DNA of 64,000 nucleotides from an uncultured Acidobacteriaceae bacterium (GTDB taxonomy: Bacteria; Acidobacteriota; Terriglobia; Terriglobales; Acidobacteriaceae). Below, piece after piece: positions 60,949 through 64,000 of the stretch. The stretch's first letter is position 1. Every line of letters begins with the position of its first letter. The notes below the pieces were generated by a model, which was not told the origin of the DNA, ran no database searches, and saw only the letters and a list, made by a program, of their open reading frames with translations. A program made the translations under genes and the position numbers. The stretch spans positions 32,982 through 96,981 of the forward strand of contig CAWAXV010000038.1 of NCBI GenBank assembly GCA_963786095.1. Direction: 5' to 3'.

Positions 60949-60990
60949 CCGAAAATAGAAATGCCCAGGCTCACCCTTGAGTCTGGGCAT
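60949..60990 (-). terminator. Intrinsic terminator after the M20 peptidase gene
   Basis: Minus strand reads ATGCCCAG-ACTCAAGGGTGAGC-CTGGGCAT followed by TTCTATTTTC, about 40 nt after the stop at 61030. Confidence 0.6.
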
Positions 60991-61029
60991 CGTAGTGAAC
61001 AAGGTGCGATCTAAAGATTGGGCGATGCC

Positions 61030-62535
61030 TCAGGCCGTTTTAGCGACTTCGTAGAGGTACTCAACGAAGGACCGCACCGCGCCATCCATTCCTTGGACTT
61101 TTTCGTTCTTCGACTCGATTACATAATATTCATCGGGCGCATGTGCTCCGCTTCCATGACCGAAGCCGAAATGTCCGGCCGCGAGACGCAGGGGTTCATC
61201 GGTAAACACGTATCCTGGCCAGGACCCGGCACTTCGCGGCAACAGAATGGGATCGATGCCGCTTCGCTTGTACACCGCAGTCTGTGCACGGATGAGTGCA
61301 GCATCGGCAGACGTACTGTTCGGATCGTACCCGCCGGTCATGTGTACCTCAATGTCGCCAAAGCCCCGCTTTGCCAGGTGAGCTTGGAGTGCGGCCAAAG
61401 CTTCGGTGGCCTTCATGTCGGGTACCAGACGCATGTCAATCTTCGCCACTGCACGGTGAGGAAGAATGGTCTTTCCTCCCGGCCCGGTGTAGCCGCCCAC
61501 GAGGCCCTCAATATTTACCGTCGGCCGGGACATCAACCGTTCGAGCGCTTCTTGCCAACTGGCGTCATGCACCCAGTGCTCGACGCCCATTTGTTTCTTG
61601 GCTACAGCTTCGTCCAGTCGCTGCGCGGCTGTGGCAATCATTGCCTTTTCGGCTGCAGAAACAGGACGTGCCTTATCGGCAAAGCCTTCGATGACAGGGT
61701 CGTTGCCGTCAGGAGAGACGAGGGTCCCCAATGCTTCCACGAGATGCCATGCCGGACTGTCGACGCGCGCTTTGTTGCTGGAGTGAATATCGTGGCGCGG
61801 TCCCCGACCCCAGCGCTCCCCGCTCGACACCATTTCAAGCTCTACAACACCTTTCGCCCCCAGTGTCATCGTCATCGAGCCATCGGGATCCTGCTCAGCC
61901 GACGGCATGAAAATTCCAATGCAGGGCCGAAGCGCAGCCAGGACTTCGGGACGGCGCACGATCTGCGGGAAATGCGGCGACCCGATTTCTTCTTCTCCTT
62001 CTGCAACTAGCACTAGGTTCACGGGGAGCTTCCGACCGCTCGCGCGAATCGCATGGAGGGCGGCAATGAACGATGCTTCGGGCCCTTTCTGGTTCACAGC
62101 TCCTCGACCCACGACGACTGTTCCGAGTCCAGGTTTTTCGACCATCGCCGCCGCCCATGGAGGCGACGACCACTCGGAAGGATCCGCTTGCTTCACGTCA
62201 TACATGAAATAGAGCCCGAGCGTTTTCGGAGCGCCTGCGTCCAGCTTGGCGAATATTCCCGGCGGGCCGTCCGTCGGGATTTTCGTGACCTCACCGAATC
62301 CGGCATCACGAAGGAAGCGCATCGTGAGATCGCAGCCATCCGTTACTCCACGGTTCTCGGCTGCGATCGAGGGCTGCTTGATCCATTCCTGCAACCGCTG
62401 CACAGCTTGATCGTGCTGCTTTTCGATTTGAGTGAAAATCGGACCGAGCTCACTTTGATCCGCGTCTAAACGATGGGGAATCGCTAAGGTCGCGGCGCCG
62501 GCTAGCGCGCCCTGAAGGAAGGTTCGTCGGTCCAT
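61030..62535 (-). CDS. Tat-signal M20 family metallopeptidase / dipeptidase
   Basis: The start is taken at MDRRTFLQGALAGAATLAIP (62535). The product carries M20 motifs (VAEGEEEIGSP, HAPDEY) and is 501 aa. Confidence 0.85.
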   Translation of the reverse strand: MDRRTFLQGALAGAATLAIPHRLDADQSELGPIFTQIEKQHDQAVQRLQEWIKQPSIAAENRGVTDGCDLTMRFLRDAGFGEVTKIPTDGPPGIFAKLDAGAPKTLGLYFMYDVKQADPSEWSSPPWAAAMVEKPGLGTVVVGRGAVNQKGPEASFIAALHAIRASGRKLPVNLVLVAEGEEEIGSPHFPQIVRRPEVLAALRPCIGIFMPSAEQDPDGSMTMTLGAKGVVELEMVSSGERWGRGPRHDIHSSNKARVDSPAWHLVEALGTLVSPDGNDPVIEGFADKARPVSAAEKAMIATAAQRLDEAVAKKQMGVEHWVHDASWQEALERLMSRPTVNIEGLVGGYTGPGGKTILPHRAVAKIDMRLVPDMKATEALAALQAHLAKRGFGDIEVHMTGGYDPNSTSADAALIRAQTAVYKRSGIDPILLPRSAGSWPGYVFTDEPLRLAAGHFGFGHGSGAHAPDEYYVIESKNEKVQGMDGAVRSFVEYLYEVAKTA

Positions 62536-62573
62536 GAGCGGAGAGCATAATCGCAAACGAACGTCTTCGTCCA

Positions 62574-62605
62574 GATTCAAATTAAGGCTGATTCAAATTA
62601 AGGCT
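62574..62605. repeat. Perfect 16-bp tandem duplication (GATTCAAATTAAGGCT x2) spanning the stop codon of the amidohydrolase gene
   Basis: 62574-62589 is identical to 62590-62605. On the minus strand it reads CAGCCTTAATTTGAAT twice. The first copy supplies the last codons and the TAA of CDS 62598-63872. Confidence 0.9.
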
Positions 62606-63872
62606 GGACACCCGCATACACGGGAATGGCACTGCGTGCAAAGTTCTTGTAGACGATGCCGCCCTTCATCACAAATACAACGCGACGAACCGCGGTAATG
62701 TCTTTCAGCGGATCGCCATCAAGTGCAATGATGTCGGCCTGCAAGCCGGGAGCGATGGCGCCAATCTGATCGCCCATGCCCAGCGCTTCAGCGCCTAGTG
62801 AGTTGGCGGAAACCATAGCCGCCATCGGGTCCACGCCACAGTCGCGCACGCGATCGATAAACTCTTCCGCATTGCGCCCGTGCGCGCCCGCTACGGCGTC
62901 CGTTCCGAAAACCATTTTCAATCCCGGAGTTTTCGCCGCGCGTTCCACAATCTCGTGATTCAGGGGAAGAATCTTTTCCATTGCGGCGAAGCCCTCGGCG
63001 GTGTAGCCGGATGTGCCGAGATACTTATCTTTGTTGAGCAGATAGTTCTCAATCACCAGCCCGGCTTGCGGATCCAGATATGTGCCTTTCTCCGCCATAA
63101 GTTTCAGGTCGTCGTCGCTCGCCAACGTACCATGCTCGATCTCGGTGCAGCCGGCGAGAGTTGCGGCGCGCACAGCCTCTTTGTATGCGTGCACAAGCGT
63201 GCGCAGTCCCTGCTTTTTCGCTTCGTCGCAGGCTGCGTTCAATTGTTCCTGCGAAAGAGTCATTCCACCGCCTTGGCGTATGGACTTCGACGCGAAAATT
63301 TTGATCACGTCCGCTCCGGCTGCTTTTTCCTTCCTGACAAACGAACGAATGTCGTCGGGCGTGCCGGTCGCTTCACCACGCCCTTCAAGCGGTTCGACGG
63401 CAGTTAGGATGCGCGGACCAGGCAGCAGTCCCCGCGAGGTCGCATCGCGCAACGCGACGTCGTTAGCAGCACCTACGCTTTGTACCGTCGTGAATCCCGC
63501 CATCAACGTCAGCCAGGCATTCGAAGCTGCTTGATAGGCATCCTCTTGCGTTGTGCCCTCTGTGCCGGCATTTTTCCCATCCTTGCCGAAGATCCATGTA
63601 ATGTGCACGTGCGCGTCAATCCAGCCAGGCAACACCGTGAGGCCACGCAGGTCGTAGTCTGCCGGCCCTTCCGCGCTGGGATTTATGGCAACAATCTTTG
63701 AGCCCTCGATCACTATGTGCACATCGTGCAGTACGTGGCCCTTACCATCGAACACGGCGCTTGCCGCAATCACAATGCGCTGGCTCGTTGCTCGCGTCTG
63801 TGCTGAGATCGGGACAAAGGCACAGATGAGAAGAATGATGATCATGCTCAGTGGAATCCTCGATGATCGCAT
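62598..63872 (-). CDS. Secreted amidohydrolase family protein (imidazolonepropionase / Xaa-Pro dipeptidase-like)
   Basis: Signal peptide IPLSMIIILLICAFVPISAQ, LPGWIDAHVHI metal-binding motif, GTDA...HG. Intact 424-aa ORF preceded by AAGGAG. Confidence 0.85.
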   Translation of the reverse strand: MRSSRIPLSMIIILLICAFVPISAQTRATSQRIVIAASAVFDGKGHVLHDVHIVIEGSKIVAINPSAEGPADYDLRGLTVLPGWIDAHVHITWIFGKDGKNAGTEGTTQEDAYQAASNAWLTLMAGFTTVQSVGAANDVALRDATSRGLLPGPRILTAVEPLEGRGEATGTPDDIRSFVRKEKAAGADVIKIFASKSIRQGGGMTLSQEQLNAACDEAKKQGLRTLVHAYKEAVRAATLAGCTEIEHGTLASDDDLKLMAEKGTYLDPQAGLVIENYLLNKDKYLGTSGYTAEGFAAMEKILPLNHEIVERAAKTPGLKMVFGTDAVAGAHGRNAEEFIDRVRDCGVDPMAAMVSANSLGAEALGMGDQIGAIAPGLQADIIALDGDPLKDITAVRRVVFVMKGGIVYKNFARSAIPVYAGVQP

Positions 63873-64000
63873 CAGCGTCTCCTTTTAGGCGCCCCTTAAC
63901 AAAGTTCTTGGTCAGACACTGCGGGATCGAACGCCGCTAGGTCCCCTTGAGACCCAACAGGTGGTCAGTGAGCGTAATGGCATTTTGCAACAGCTACCCG

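Overview
This 64-kb window appears to be chromosomal DNA from an Acidobacteria-like soil bacterium. That guess rests on gene content: Oar-type TonB-dependent receptors with carboxypeptidase-regulatory domains, a GloVer repeat protein, DUF4331 and PEGA proteins, and many Tat-signal glycan enzymes. GC looks upper-50s % by eye. I saw no rRNA, tRNA or CRISPR.

Gene content in order:
- a truncated ABC-F ATPase and a decayed IS1-like element
- the pntAA-pntAB-pntB transhydrogenase operon with a ROK kinase
- a DUF4331-TPR-TonB receptor cluster
- a large minus-strand, SusD-less glycan-utilisation cluster (about 20.5-41.4 kb) with heparinase II/III, a KduD-like SDR, an ExuT-like MFS, NagB-like and AgaS-like enzymes, DUF5107, a BNR protein and a 1235-aa TonB receptor
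- a translationally coupled plus-strand operon of unknown sugar or amino-sugar function (42-55 kb)
- a Campylobacter-type non-phosphorylative L-fucose locus (55-61 kb)
- two peptidase/amidohydrolase genes

Two things stand out.
1. The 850-bp divergent gap at 12.4-12.9 kb holds three tandem units of about 170 nt. Each ends in its own minus-strand intrinsic terminator and all share an invariant 42-nt core. I read this as a candidate orphan sRNA gene array.
2. About 19 genes carry roughly 57 single-base frame changes, arranged in blocks and mostly behaving as +1 insertions. About 30 kb of interleaved genes has none. This is either patchy assembly error or cluster-level gene decay, so 'pseudogene' calls below are provisional.

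All product names come from my own recognition of motifs in the translations; no database was searched. Frameshift positions are approximate.
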